Below are positions 27,587-39,445 of a DNA stretch of 64,000 nucleotides, one piece after another; within the stretch, counting starts at the first letter, position 1, and each line of letters starts with the position of its first letter. The notes beneath the pieces are model-generated. The model was not told where the DNA came from, did no database searches, and saw only the letters and a list, made by a program, of their open reading frames with translations. The position numbers and the translations under genes were made by a program. Origin of the DNA: Octopus vulgaris. Taxonomy: Eukaryota. The stretch spans positions 26,846,001 through 26,910,000 of the forward strand of contig OX597827.1 of assembly GCA_951406725.2 (NCBI GenBank). Reading direction: 5' to 3'.

Positions 27587-28914
27587 ATAGCACTGCTTGG
27601 AACCTCTCGAATACTCCGGAAGGTGCTCGAAAAATAAGAGGTGTTACCTTAGTTCACTGGTAGTGAACAGCTGACACTGTAGTATATCTCCAACGTTAGA
27701 AGCTGTGCAAAGGCAATAATAATAATGATGTTTTAAATTTTGGCACAAGGTGAGTAATTTGTCGGAGGGTTAGTCGAGTTCATCGACTCCAGTGCTTGAC
27801 TGAATTTTTCTCTACGCTCTGAGGGATAAAAGACAAAGTTGAGCATGGTTGAGCATGGCAGTATTTGTACTCAATGCGTAAAGAAACGAAACCATGATGA
27901 AGCTGATGAGGACAATTTCTTGGATCCACATACGTCCATAGATTCTCTAATTCCGCGTTGTGAGGGGGAAATAGGAGTAATGGAAGGGGAAACGTAGAGC
28001 GGGAACAGAGACTTGGAGAGAGGGGGAGAAAGAAAGAAAGGAAGAAAGAAAGAGCAAGTGAGGGAGACAGTGAGACGGAGAGAGATGTGAAGATATATTG
28101 TGGGAGAGTGATAGACATGAGTATAATGAGACACAAGGGAAGAATAAGAGGTAGAGAGAGGAGAGACTGGAAGGAGAGGATGAAAGACAGAGAGAGAGAG
28201 AAGTTAGAACCAGATAGACAAAGCGAGAGTGAGATACTAAATGAGGCAGAGTGGGAGGTAAAGAAGTAAATGAAGTGAGATAAGTAAGAGATGGAGAGGG
28301 AGAAGAAGGGGAACAGAAGGAGAAAGATGAGAGAAGAAGAGTTAAAGAGAGATAGAGAGATAGAGAGCGAATAGGCAAGAGAACTCTGAGAATAAACATA
28401 AGAATGCAAGACGCAATGTGAAAAGAGTTAAGGAGAAACATCCAGATGGAATTAGAGAAAAACCGTTTATTTCCACAGGGATTAACCTGGATTTATGCAT
28501 AAAGCTGGTAAATCTTACTTTCAGTCTTGACTATTCTCCTTTTGATAATCTCTCTCTCTTTTTCTCTCTCTCTCAATCTCTTTCCTTCTGTCTCTTTCTC
28601 CTGTCTTTGCCTGTGTCAGTCTGTGCGTTTCTCCCGTTGTCCCTCTTCGTCTCTCTGACCTTTTCTGTTTCGTTACCAGACACACACGAGACACAGACAT
28701 AATCGTTTATCTTTGTGCATAAAAGTTGCATATACAATAGGAGACGTGTAGGCATTTATATACATATAGAGTCTGTCTGCATACATACATATATACATAC
28801 ATACATATAATATTATATATATATATATATATATATAATGTCATATATGTGTGTGTATGCACATATATGTCAGTGTATATGTACAGTGTGTATATACATG
28901 CGTATATATACGTA

Positions 28915-28990
<76 letters not shown>

Positions 28991-29386
28991 TGTATGTATA
29001 TATAGTTATACACCCTTTGTTTCTGAAAGCCTACGTGTGAAACATTGGAGGTCATAAACTTTAAACCAGTACAAAATGAAACCAATAATGGAGAGATTTG
29101 GAGGTTAGAGTCTCCCTCTCTCTCTCCCTCTCTCTCTCCCTCTCTCTCTCCCTCTCTCTCTCCCTCTCTCTCTCCCCCTCTCTCTCTCCTTCTCTCTCTC
29201 TCTCTCTTTCTCTCTCTGTGTTTCATCTTCAGATGAAGATGTAGCCAAGTTTATTCCACCTCCTTGATGCAGGAGTTGTCTTAAAGAATAACCAGACTCT
29301 CGTTTACAAACGTTCGAGTACGAATACAGATATGCACATATACATGTGTGTACGTAGGTGCAGCTATATGGTAGACAGATAGATAA

Positions 29387-29447
<61 letters not shown>

Positions 29448-29787
29448 TATAGATAGACAGATAGATAATCGGAATACATCTCAATGCAAGCAACGCTTTA
29501 TGTAACAGGAAGCCGGCACAACTTAGAAAATAGAATGGAGTTCCACATCAAGGCAGATGTCCAAGACTGAGATAGTTACATCGAAGCTATTAATAAGCAT
29601 ATTTATTATACATCGGACTCATATATTGAGTTCATAGAAACACGGGTTCGATTCCATCTCCCAGTTTGGCACAAAGCATAAGCTGATACATTTTTTCTTG
29701 TTCCTTGATCAGCAATTTAAAAAGACATAGTACAGTTTACTCGTACATATAAATCTGTTAAATATGATGCTAAAACACGGATCACAT

Positions 29788-29839
<52 letters not shown>

Positions 29840-29888
29840 ATATGTATGTATCGATATGGGTTCCGTTAAATGAAAAAATTATATAGAT

Positions 29889-30040
29889 CAGTGGTTCCCT
29901 AACTTGGGTCCGCAAAGGTAGTACTGGGGGTCTATGAAAGAAATCCAAATCGAAACCACAATCTTACGATCATGATGCTGACACCCTAACCACTAAGCCA
30001 CGCACCTCCACACACGCACACACACATATATATGTGTATA

Positions 30041-30107
<67 letters not shown>

Positions 30108-30183
30108 ATAAGCATATTAAAAAGGGGTCCGTGGGAAAACTCATTTAAATAAAAGGGTCGGGAACCCCTGCTGGGAACCACTG
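29889..30183. mobile_element. hAT (Charlie-like) MITE containing a SINE head and (TA)n
   Basis: TIRs CAGTGGTTCCC / GGGAACCACTG; 8-bp flanks ATATAGAT (29881-88) and ATCTAGAT (30184-91), 7/8 identical and fitting the NTCTAGAN target. Confidence 0.8.
29947..30012 (-). mobile_element. tRNA-derived SINE family D head nested in the hAT MITE
   Basis: Reverse complement GTGGAGGTGCGTGGCTTAGTGGTTAGGGTGTCAGC...GTGGTTTCGATT contains Pol III A and B boxes. Confidence 0.7.
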
Positions 30184-30942
30184 ATCTAGATCTATACAAT
30201 GTAAAGGTAACGCAGAGCGTCGGCTCAGTTGCACTTCTGAATTCCATGTCCCATTTTGATAACAATATATAAATATTGAGATTATTTGTCAAATATTATT
30301 AAATCTTTCCTTCTTCATTCCCATTTAGCCTAAATTTACATTTATTTGATGTTTTTAATGCTATTTCACATTTATTTACAAATTGTTTTTCATTGTTTGC
30401 TTGTTCGCTTACAATAATCCCTCATTGTCATTATATTGTTATTATTATTATTATTATTATTATTGTTAGGGTAATTCTTGTATTTTTTTCCCCTTGTTTG
30501 GGCGGTAGGCGAGATGGGAGGGAGCTAAAGGATGCTTCAATATATAATATTTGATGCTTAATGTTGTGGTTTTTATTAAGAACATTTTCTACAAGAAATT
30601 AAACTCTCTTTAGAATCTGCTCAGTTTTTCTGGAATTTTTTTCTTTCTCTCTCTCTCTCTCTCTCTCTCTTTCTGTCCTTCTTATTCTCTTCCCTCCCTC
30701 CCTCTCTCCTTCTCTCTCACTCTTGCTCTCTCTTCCTATTAAAGTGTGTGATTAAACCCAACCTCGTCACCCATAATTCAGCTTAAAGATTTACTCTTTT
30801 CTTTATTTCTTTTAGTCACCATTTCTTTTTACCTTTTCCTCATCTTCCTTTTCGATTTCCTTAATCATTTTCGCCTTTCTTCTTCATCGTTATTATCATC
30901 TTTTTCCTTTTTCTACTAATTATAATAATCATGTTATTATTA

Positions 30943-30979
<37 letters not shown>

Positions 30980-31192
30980 AGCAGCAACTTGGAAGAACGG
31001 TTAGCACATTGGACAACATGATAAGCAGCATCTATTCTGACTCTTAACGCTGTGAGTTCAAATTCCACCGAAGTCGACTTATCCCTTCCTCCTTTCGTGG
31101 TCGATACATTGAATACCAGTTGCGTACTGGGTCGATCTAATCGACTGGGCCCCTCCCCACAAAATCCAGGCCTTGTGCCTATTGTAGGAAGG

Positions 31193-31250
<58 letters not shown>
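30980..31250 (+). mobile_element. SINE family B flanked on both sides by (ATT)n
   Basis: GAGTTCAAATTCCACCGAAGTCGACTT...GGTCGAT...CAGGCCTTGTGCCTATTGTAGGAAGG(ATT)n. Confidence 0.8.
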
Positions 31251-31252
<2 letters not shown>

Positions 31253-31796
31253 TCTTACTTTAGTTTTCTATCTTCAGACTTTTACACACAGAAACATACG
31301 CAAACCATTTGTAGTTACACATTCTCCCTGACTCATCTGTCGCCCTTGTGGCAAATAAAGGAATTAATATCATTGATGTTGTTATTATTGTTGTTGCTGC
31401 GGTTGTTGAGAGATTCTAATCAGATCAGAGGTGTTCGAGGCAACCGTAGCTTTCTCGATATTCTGTACATCAGTTTCTACATAGTCCAAAACGTCCTTCC
31501 TTATACCCAGACTGGTTAGTATGTAAACTGAAGGCAGACGCTTCTATTTCTAACAGATCTAGTGAGCAACCATATGAGGCTGCTCTGTAACCCAATACTA
31601 GTAGCAATAGTATGTTACAAACTATTGTGTGTGTGAGAGCATGTGTGTCTGTGTATACACACAAGACACACATACACATACTAAAGACAGAATGAGATAA
31701 AAATAAAATAAATATATTTTATATACGTGTACAAAGTTAATATACAAATCCATATAGACACATACACGACACTCATGCTAAACACATGAACTTCAC

Positions 31797-31840
31797 AAAC
31801 TGTTACTCAGAGTTTCACATAACCGTTCATCAGACAGTTT
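31797..31840 (-). ncRNA. Canonical minimal type-I hammerhead ribozyme (Penelope-like element type)
   Basis: Minus strand AAACTGT-CTGATGA-ACG[GTTA]TGT-GAAA-CTC[T]GAG-TA-ACAGTTT: perfect 7-bp stem I, intact core, stem II, quasi-palindromic stem III and a GUA cleavage triplet. Confidence 0.85.
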
Positions 31841-31970
31841 TAATAATACAGACTACTAAAGACTTTCTGTTGATTGTGATACTCTGAGTAACAGTTTTTT
31901 CTCAGCTTTAATAAAACAATATTTTGCTCCACCTTTGGTATTCGAGTACTATTTCCACCACTTTGCGTAA
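31797..31970. mobile_element. Penelope-like pseudo-LTR fragment with an inverted partial duplicate
   Basis: Inverted copy GTGATACTCTGAGTAACAGTTT at 31876-31897, AATAAA at 31910, and GGTATTCGAGT.CTATTT shared with the copy at 56255-56450. Confidence 0.7.
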
Positions 31971-32749
31971 CAGCTATGTGTTATTGGTAGTATTTGCGGT
32001 TGTAGTGGTTATATTGGTTGTGGTGGTGGTGGTGGTGGTGGTGGAGGTAGTCATTGTGGTAGTGTTGGTGTTGGTGGTGGAGGTAGTCATTGTGGTAGTG
32101 GTGGTGGTGGAGTGGTTATAGTGATAGTTATTGTGTTGATAGCAGCGGTTATAGTGAACTGTAGTTACTGCAGTAGTGTTGATGGAAGCTATTGTGATGG
32201 TGTTGGTGGAAGTGGTAGTTAATGCGGTGGTGGTTATTATCGTGACGGCAGTGGAGATGGTGGTAAAACTGAATAAGCGGGTGGGGGCAGATTCATTTCA
32301 AGACGTCTTGAAACGAAAACAAAGAAACATTCCTAAAAGCCGGAACAATGGCAACAACAACAACAACAATTTTAATAACTGCAATAAATAAATAAATGAA
32401 TAAAGGAGAGTAAGGAAATGGTAAAGAGAGAATCTGGGTGCGGCGCGTTTAAAGTTGAGATATTTCTTGAAGTATTTGTTATTGGTGAGTGATTTAGATG
32501 AGGGGAGGGGAGGTGAGGTGGTAGTGGGAGGGGAAATGGTGTTTGGATTAGAGTAACGGTGTAAGGAAGATAATAGAAGAGGTGAGGGAGAGGAAGGTGT
32601 GTTAAAGTAAAACAGACAGGTTGGTGGGCAGAAGGGGTGAGACAAGGAGAGACGGGGAAAGTGGTTCAGAGATACAGGGAGAGAGAGAGAGAGAGAGATG
32701 GAGAGAGATGCACAGGGAAAGATGAGGAAAGATGCTAGAGGAGACAGAA

Positions 32750-33180
32750 AGAGAGAGAGCACTGAGAAACAGAGAATCGCATACAAAGAGAGAGAGAGAG
32801 AGAGAGACGGAGACAGGGTGACGGGGAGAGACGCAAAGTGAGAGAGAGAGAGAGAGCACTAGGAAACAGAGTCGCACAAGGAGAGAGAGAAGGAGGCAGG
32901 GAGACGGGGAGAGACGCAAAGCGAGAGCGAGAGAGGGAGAGCACTGGGAAACAGAGAGACTCACACAAGGAGAGAGAGAGCCGGAGGCAGAGTGACGGGG
33001 AGAGATGCAAAGCGAGAGAGAGAGCGAGAGCACTGGGAAACAGAGAGACTCACACAAGGAGAGAGAGGAGAGAGAGAGAGGGGCAGGGAGACGGGTGAGA
33101 CGCAAAGCGAGAGAGAGAGGGGCAGGGCGACAAACGAATAGAGAGACGGAGAGAGACGGACTGAAAGATGGAGAGAGAGG
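32750..33180. repeat. GA-rich minisatellite, 4 units of about 85-97 bp
   Basis: GCACT(G/A)(G/A)GAAACAGAG anchors at 32759, 32856, 32941 and 33030. Confidence 0.8.
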
Positions 33181-33456
33181 AAGACAGGGAATGCCGCGCC
33201 GAGAGACGAGGAGAAACAGGCAAGGGGACGGGCAGGAAGACGAGGATAACGACGGGCAGCGATATAAAGACAGACGGTCAGGCAGACAGAGGATGGAATA
33301 TGGACTGACAGATTATCAAGTGATTTAGTTCGGGAGTTTGAGCGGGTCATGAATTGATGTAAATCAAAGGAGACAATAAAACACACATTTTCATCTGAGG
33401 GTGAAGATTCTATCTTCAACTGTATGTGTGTCTCTCCAAAGCCATTATTAAAGAGA

Positions 33457-33632
33457 GGCACGGGCGTGGCTGTGTGGTAAGAAGCTTGCTTCCCAGTCAC
33501 ATGGTTCCGTGTTCGGTCCCAATGCGCGGCACCTTGGGCAAATGTCTTCTACTATTGCTTCGGGCCGACCAAAGCCTTGTGAGTGGATTTGGTAGATGGA
33601 AACTGAAAGAAGACCGTTGTATATTTATATAC

Positions 33633-33695
<63 letters not shown>

Positions 33696-33890
33696 TCCCC
33701 TACTATCGCTTAACAACCGATGTTGGTGCATTTACGTTCCTGCGACCTAGCGGTTAGGTAAAAGAAGCCGATAGAATAAATACTAGGCTTACAAAGAATA
33801 AGTCCTGGAGTCGATTTGTTCGACTAAAGGCAGTGCTCCAGCATGGCCGCAGGTAAATGCCTGAAACGTGTCAAAAAAGTACAAGAGTAA
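33457..33890 (+). mobile_element. SINE family A, best-preserved full-length copy (tRNA head, CORE-like ACCTTGGGCAA segment, internal (TG)n)
   Basis: GGCACGGGCGTGGCTGTGTGGTAAGAAGCTTGCTTCCC...GTTCGGTCCC...ACCTTGGGCAAATG...GGCAGTGCTCCAGCATGGCCGCAG; more than 15 related copies in the window. Confidence 0.9.
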
Positions 33891-34404
33891 ACTCTGAGTA
33901 CATGAAGATGGATATCCGTCGATATCAACGATGAGCTTTCCTTTGCTAATGGGAATGTTGTTGATTGTTCCATAGATGTATGGCATTTAAAGAAATCCTT
34001 GAGTAGAGTCCATGTGACACCGTGTGAGCAAGGCTGCATCTTTAAATAACAGGTGCAATCCCTTCGATAGGCTTCCACGTAGTTTCCCTCTACACAATTT
34101 TCACTCACAAGGCTTGGGTTAACCTGAGGTCATGGTAAGAAGATAATCAGTGAAATCGAACCCGGAACCGAGAGAAAGAGAGGGAGAGAGAGGGAGGGAG
34201 ATAAGAGAGAGAGAGAGAGAGAGAAAGAGACGGAGGCAGGGAGACGGGGAGAGACACAAAGCGAGAGAGACGGAGGCAGGAAGACACAGAGCGAGAGAGA
34301 AGGGGGAGGGAGGGAGGGATACAGGGAGACAAACGAATAGAGAGACAGAGAGAGGCGGACAGAAAGATGGAGCGATCTTTTAACTTTGGCATGTTTTTTT
34401 CTCT

Positions 34405-34805
34405 TTTATCTTGTTTCAGTCATTAGACTGCGGCCATGCTGGGGCACCGCCTTGAAGAAGTTTTAGTCAAATGAATCGATCCCTGTACTTGTTTGTTTAT
34501 TTATTTATTGTTAAGCCTGATACTTATTCTATCGGTCGTAATTGCTGAACCGTTTAGCTACGGGAACATAAACACACCAGGATCGGTTGTCAAGCGGTGG
34601 TGGGGGAGAAACACAGGCACAGACAAATACGCACACACACACGCATCTATACATGTCCTATAACTTAGCAGCTCGACAAAAGAGACCGATAGAATAAGCA
34701 CCAGGCTTTAAAAAAAAAGGACTGGGGTCGATTCATTTGACTAAAAAATTCTTGAACGCAGTGCCGTAGCATGGCCACAGTCTAATGGCTGAAACCAGCG
34801 AAAGA
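34405..34805. mobile_element. Two SINE family A 3' halves in inverted orientation (34405-34625 minus; 34655-34805 plus)
   Basis: TTTCAGTCATTAGACTGCGGCCATGCT versus AGCATGGCCACAGTCTAATGGCTGAAA; CTTATTCTATCGGTC versus GACCGATAGAATAAG. Confidence 0.85.
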
Positions 34806-34943
34806 TACTGCAGATGTCGATTTTTCACAGTGACTCAGTTGTGATTGAACGGAGGTAGAATGAGACCAGCCAACTCTGAACAGCAGAGGCCATTAGTGTA
34901 GTGGTTGAAGGGGCCATGAGAGGTTGTAGGCAAGAGGCCAGAA

Positions 34944-35029
34944 CAGTGCTTCCCGACCTTTTCACAGTGGCTCCCAACCCTTTAATTTAAATGAGTTTTC
35001 CGACAGATGCCTTTTAATATGCTTATCCT

Positions 35030-35060
<31 letters not shown>

Positions 35061-35223
35061 AAAGAGATAGACAGACAGATAGATAGACGGACACACACAC
35101 ATACACGCATACATGCACACACATACACACACACACATACACATATATATATAGGTAGATAGATGGATAGGTGAAATTTTGAATTTAGTACTACGTTTGT
35201 GGACCCCAGGTGGATAGCCAGTG
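34944..35223. mobile_element. Second copy of the hAT MITE, opposite orientation
   Basis: CAGTGGCTCCCAACCCTTTAATTTAAATGAGTTTTCC...TTTTAATATGCTTATCCTTAT matches the reverse complement of 30101-30170. Confidence 0.75.
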
Positions 35224-35729
35224 GGCTAGAATTTGGCCGTGAGGGATGGTTTTTATCCTACTCGCTACCCTAGATGGGATATATCTACTATGTCAGTGTG
35301 TACAGCAGCATCCCTTTCTTAGATATGAGAGCAATAGTCCATTTTGGATCTCATCGGAGAATTGTAGAGTGTTAACAATTCTTAGGGAGTGAAATATTTC
35401 TGACCCCAGAGAGAAGGTATTAACAAACTGACTCAAAGAATAGGTGTCACGAGTCTGGCAGAAAAAGAATGGATTGGAAGATTCCATTCTTTTTTATCTT
35501 TTTTCTTGTCTCAGGTATTAGACTGCAGTCATTCTGGGACACTTCCTTGAAGAATTTTTAGTCCAACGAATCAACTCCAGTATTTTGTCTGCTACTTATT
35601 TTATCGATCCCTTTTGCCGAACCACTAGGTTAAGGGAACGTAAACACACCAACACAGGTTGTCAAGTGCGGTGGTGGGGGTCAAAGACACTCATAAACAC
35701 ACACATACACACACACACAAATATATATA

Positions 35730-36118
35730 GTTGGAACTTATAGAAAAACATAAGACGAAGACAGATGTATGAACAACAAGTAAGTGTATTAGTTTCACGC
35801 TCTGGAAAAAAAAAGTATTTTACGTTTCGAGCCTACGCTCTTCAACAGATAGGAATAAGAGAAAATAAACAGAGAAAGAAGGGAAAATGTATAGAGTTAT
35901 TTATACATATATATAAATATATAGAAAGAGAAAGATTACGAAAATAAACAAAAGACGAAGGCAGGTGGAGTACAAACAAATGTATTAGTATAGCGTTCAG
36001 GAATAGAAAAAGTCTTTTACGTTTCGAGCCTACGCTCTTCGACAGAAAGATGCACAGAAAAAACAAGAGAAACAAGGAGAGAAAAAAATGCGTGTAGTAG
36101 CTAACGATCTATCATGGC
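35730..36118 (-). mobile_element. Tandem-duplicated Penelope-like/retrozyme-like element carrying two hammerhead motifs
   Basis: Direct repeats AAGACGAAG.CAG.TG...TGTATTAGT...TTTTACGTTTCGAGCCTACGCTCTTC.ACAGA at 197-nt spacing. Confidence 0.7.
36013..36050 (-). ncRNA. Minimal hammerhead ribozyme with variant core CUGUCGA
   Basis: Minus strand TCTTT-CTGTCGA-A-GAGC[GTAG]GCTC-GAAA-CG-TA-AAAGA; stems I and II are perfect. Confidence 0.6.
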
Positions 36119-37091
36119 ATCCTATATATATATACACGACGAGCTTCTCTTAGTTTCCGTTTACCAAATTCACACACAAGTCTTTGGTCGACCAATAGCT
36201 ATAGTAGAAGACACTCACCCAAGGTGCCACACCGTGGAACTGAAATTGGAACCATGTGGTTGGAAACCAAACTTCTTACCACACCGCCACACGTGCGCCT
36301 TTGGACAGTATGCAATCATTTGAGGCATATTTGGTATCTCTTTCTAGCAGGCGGTCCTGTTTGCCTTCGTAAAACAATCAGGTGATTCGATGATTGCTAG
36401 AAAATTCTCTGAAGTTCTCAAAAGAATTTACACTGAGAACTTGTCACATTTTGGTGATTTTGAAAGCGGGAATATATTTGTATGTATGTTTGTGTGATTG
36501 ATGCACACGGATGTGCAGATGGCAACGGCAGCAATGCATTCGGTCTCAGCTGGTATCGTTACCAATATTACACTTTCGAGTGTTTTACTGCTTTCTTTAA
36601 TATTTCTGTCTGCATGTTCGTGTACTTCAGGGTGGTGGGTGTATGGTGTGTATGTGTGTGTGTGTGTGTAGGGAAACAGGAGTGGGGGAGGAGGGTTTTT
36701 TATGTGTTAATATATGTGTGTGTGTGAAGCACTGTAATTCATCTATGTGCTTCACAATGTGTTCTGTGTGTTTGTGTGTGTATGCGCGCATGTTTGTGCG
36801 TTCACAAAAGTGTGTGTGTGTGTGTGTGTTAATTTTCGAGTCTGCGAGCGAGCTTCAGTTTCTTTTTATAAATGCATTTGACACACGAACATCTAGCTGT
36901 ATAGATATCCTTACTAGAGGTATATAAAAGAGAATATAGACAGACAGACAGACAAATAGTTAGATAGATAGATAGAGAGAGAGATAGATAGATAGGTAGG
37001 TAGGTAGATAGAGAGAAGTAGATGGAGATAGATAGACAGACAGATGCATAGATAGAAAGATAGATAAACAAGCAAATAGATAGATAGATAT

Positions 37092-37226
37092 AGGTGTAAG
37101 GAGTCTGCTTGCCAACCACATGGTTCCGAGTTCTGTTCCTCTGCGTGTGTGCCTTCTACTATAGCCCCTAGCTGAGCAAAGCTTTTTGAGTGGATTTAGT
37201 TGACAAAAACTGAAAGAAACCCGTCA

Positions 37227-37275
<49 letters not shown>

Positions 37276-37500
37276 AAACGCACGTATATAGGTTTGTGTG
37301 TGTGTGAGTGACTCTCTGTGTTTGTCGCTTAATAATCTGTCGTGTTTACGTCTCCGTAACTTAACGGTTCAGCAAAAGGAAATCTATGGAATATGAACCA
37401 GGCTTAAGATGAAAATAAGTCGATTCTTTCTACTAAAATTCTCCCCAAGAAGATGCCCCAGCATGGTCGAAACCGAATGGCTAAAATGAGTAGAAAAGAT
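37092..37500 (+). mobile_element. SINE family A
   Basis: CTTGCCAACCACATGGTTCCGAGTTC...GAGTGGATTTAGTTGACAAAAACTGAAAGAAACCCGTC...CCCCAGCATGG. Confidence 0.75.
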
Positions 37501-37510
37501 ATATACATAC

Positions 37511-37554
<44 letters not shown>

Positions 37555-37984
37555 CGTGTGTGTGAACCCAGTAAGCTATAGATATTGAGATGTTATCACT
37601 CATATATGCATATACGTTCATAAATATGATGACACAGACACACAGACAGACTGACGGATAGATTGATTGATGGACAAGCAAACAGACGGATGGATGGACG
37701 GACAGACAGATAGACAGACATATAGGCATATTATCTTTAATAGTGAGCTCATAGGAGAAAGCGATGTACTGAAGACATTTCTTAGGGGACTCTGAAGTTG
37801 GCGGGAGGAGGGAGCGAGAGATGTAGGGCGGGAGGGCCAAAGACCTCATCAACCTGAAGACCTGACTAACAAGTTTGCAGCATTTCGCATTCCACCAAAG
37901 GAACTTAGGGGCCAGCATACACACACACGCGCGCCACCCACCACACACACACATATGCAGACAACGCATACATACATACATACA

Positions 37985-38020
<36 letters not shown>

Positions 38021-38446
38021 TATATGCAGATGTGAAAGAGTGTGAAAGAATAAACGGTGAATCAGAGAAAATATGGCGGTCGAATACGAGAAACGTATCT
38101 CATTTTCTTACATACCTATCATTCTCCATATTTGCAACGCTTGTCTATTAAACTCTGCCGTCGCCGCCCTCGTTTCGCTCCTAACAACGATAGCAACCCT
38201 AACACCGCCGTCGCTGCCCCGCCGCCCCGCACCGACGCCACAACTGCCACCGCCTACGTTTTCATTGCCATCGTTAGCCTCTTTAACAACCCGATTCCCC
38301 ATTTTATTTCGTTTGCTTCTAGGATTTTCCTTCTCACAACGCTATAGTGTTCGGAGACTGTGTAGTCTTAATTGTATGTATGTGTGTGTGTGTGTATACA
38401 CAGACACACACACTCACGTAGATATTTGTCTATGTATGTGTATGCG

Positions 38447-38518
<72 letters not shown>

Positions 38519-38569
38519 TACTTAGATGTAAGTATTTTGTATATGTGTGTATATATATGTACATACACA

Positions 38570-38730
38570 CGAGGAATCTTTCAGTTTCCGCCTACCAAAT
38601 CCACTCACAAGGCTTTGGTCGGCACGAGGCTATAGTAGAAGACACTTACCTAAGGTGCCACGTAGTGGGACTGAACCCGGGACCATGTGGCTGGTAAGCA
38701 AGCTACTTACCACACAACCACGCCTGCGCC
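38570..38730 (-). mobile_element. SINE family A head, well preserved
   Basis: TTTCAGTTTCCGCCTACCAAATCCACTCACAAGGCTTTGGTCGG...GGTGCCACGTAGTGGGACTGAACCCGG...CACGCCTGCGCC. Confidence 0.85.
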
Positions 38731-38932
38731 TATATATATATATAATGCCAGACCCAATTCTGCTTGTCTCCATCACTACCTTCATATCATCTCGCCTTGG
38801 ATTTCTCTTTTAGCTTTTCTTAACGCCTTGGACCTAGTCTTGGATGAAGAATTCGCTCTTTTAATTTCAAATTCATTTACGATCTACTACATGCTTTCTA
38901 TACTGAGTATATCTAGCTCTCAGCTATTTTCT

Positions 38933-38988
<56 letters not shown>

Positions 38989-39024
38989 ACATACACACAT
39001 AAGCGTTAGGCGTCTTTGAAACCA

Positions 39025-39445
39025 GCGTGGAAGGCCGCTATGTGGTCGTTCAACATGCTAGAAATAACAATCAAATGCTCTTCAAATATTACCCAAATAT
39101 TTTAAATTTCAAAAAAATGAAACACGTTAATGTACTCAGTCCTTCATACTTTTATACAGACATGATGGTCACAGCTGGAGTACCTTTGAGCTAGGTTTGC
39201 TTATTGAAAACTGAAGTGGTGTTTAGAAAAATGAACGAAAAACCGAGATTCCATAGCAAAAACAGTTGCTAGAAAAAGCAGTCAAGTAACCTTTAAAGCG
39301 CACCTAAATGTCTTAAGAATAGACCTAACTCAAACATTTTAATCAGTTCTGTGTCTCTTTATAAAGAAGGGTCGATCGTAGCTGAAATATCTTTGATCAT
39401 AGGCCTGCCCAGTCGGGGGCTGGCGACCTTTTGCTAAATAACAGC
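39025..39445 (+). mobile_element. Two tandem family C repeats
   Basis: TGCTAGAAATAACAATCAAAT...GATGGTCACAGCTGGA..CCTTTGA, repeated at 39265-39445 and ending in an AAC-rich tail. Confidence 0.65.

Larger units (their letters stand above)
35500..36300 (-). mobile_element. SINE family A split by a Penelope-type insertion (3' part 35500-35690; head 36135-36300)
   Basis: Both halves are present in the correct order and orientation around 35730-36118. Confidence 0.75.

Noticed and set aside
27903-27945. CTGATGA-GGAC...GTCC hammerhead start
   Set aside because: GAAA and stem III are absent after stem II.
32750-33180. CRISPR-like repeat-spacer pattern
   Set aside because: Eukaryotic context, the spacers are similar GA-rich sequence, the period is irregular and there are no cas genes.
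33900-34060. Minus-strand LFKDAALL...YG..NNI peptide resembling an RTE reverse transcriptase motif
   Set aside because: Too short and degenerate, and it lacks the DD pair, so it cannot be called without a search.
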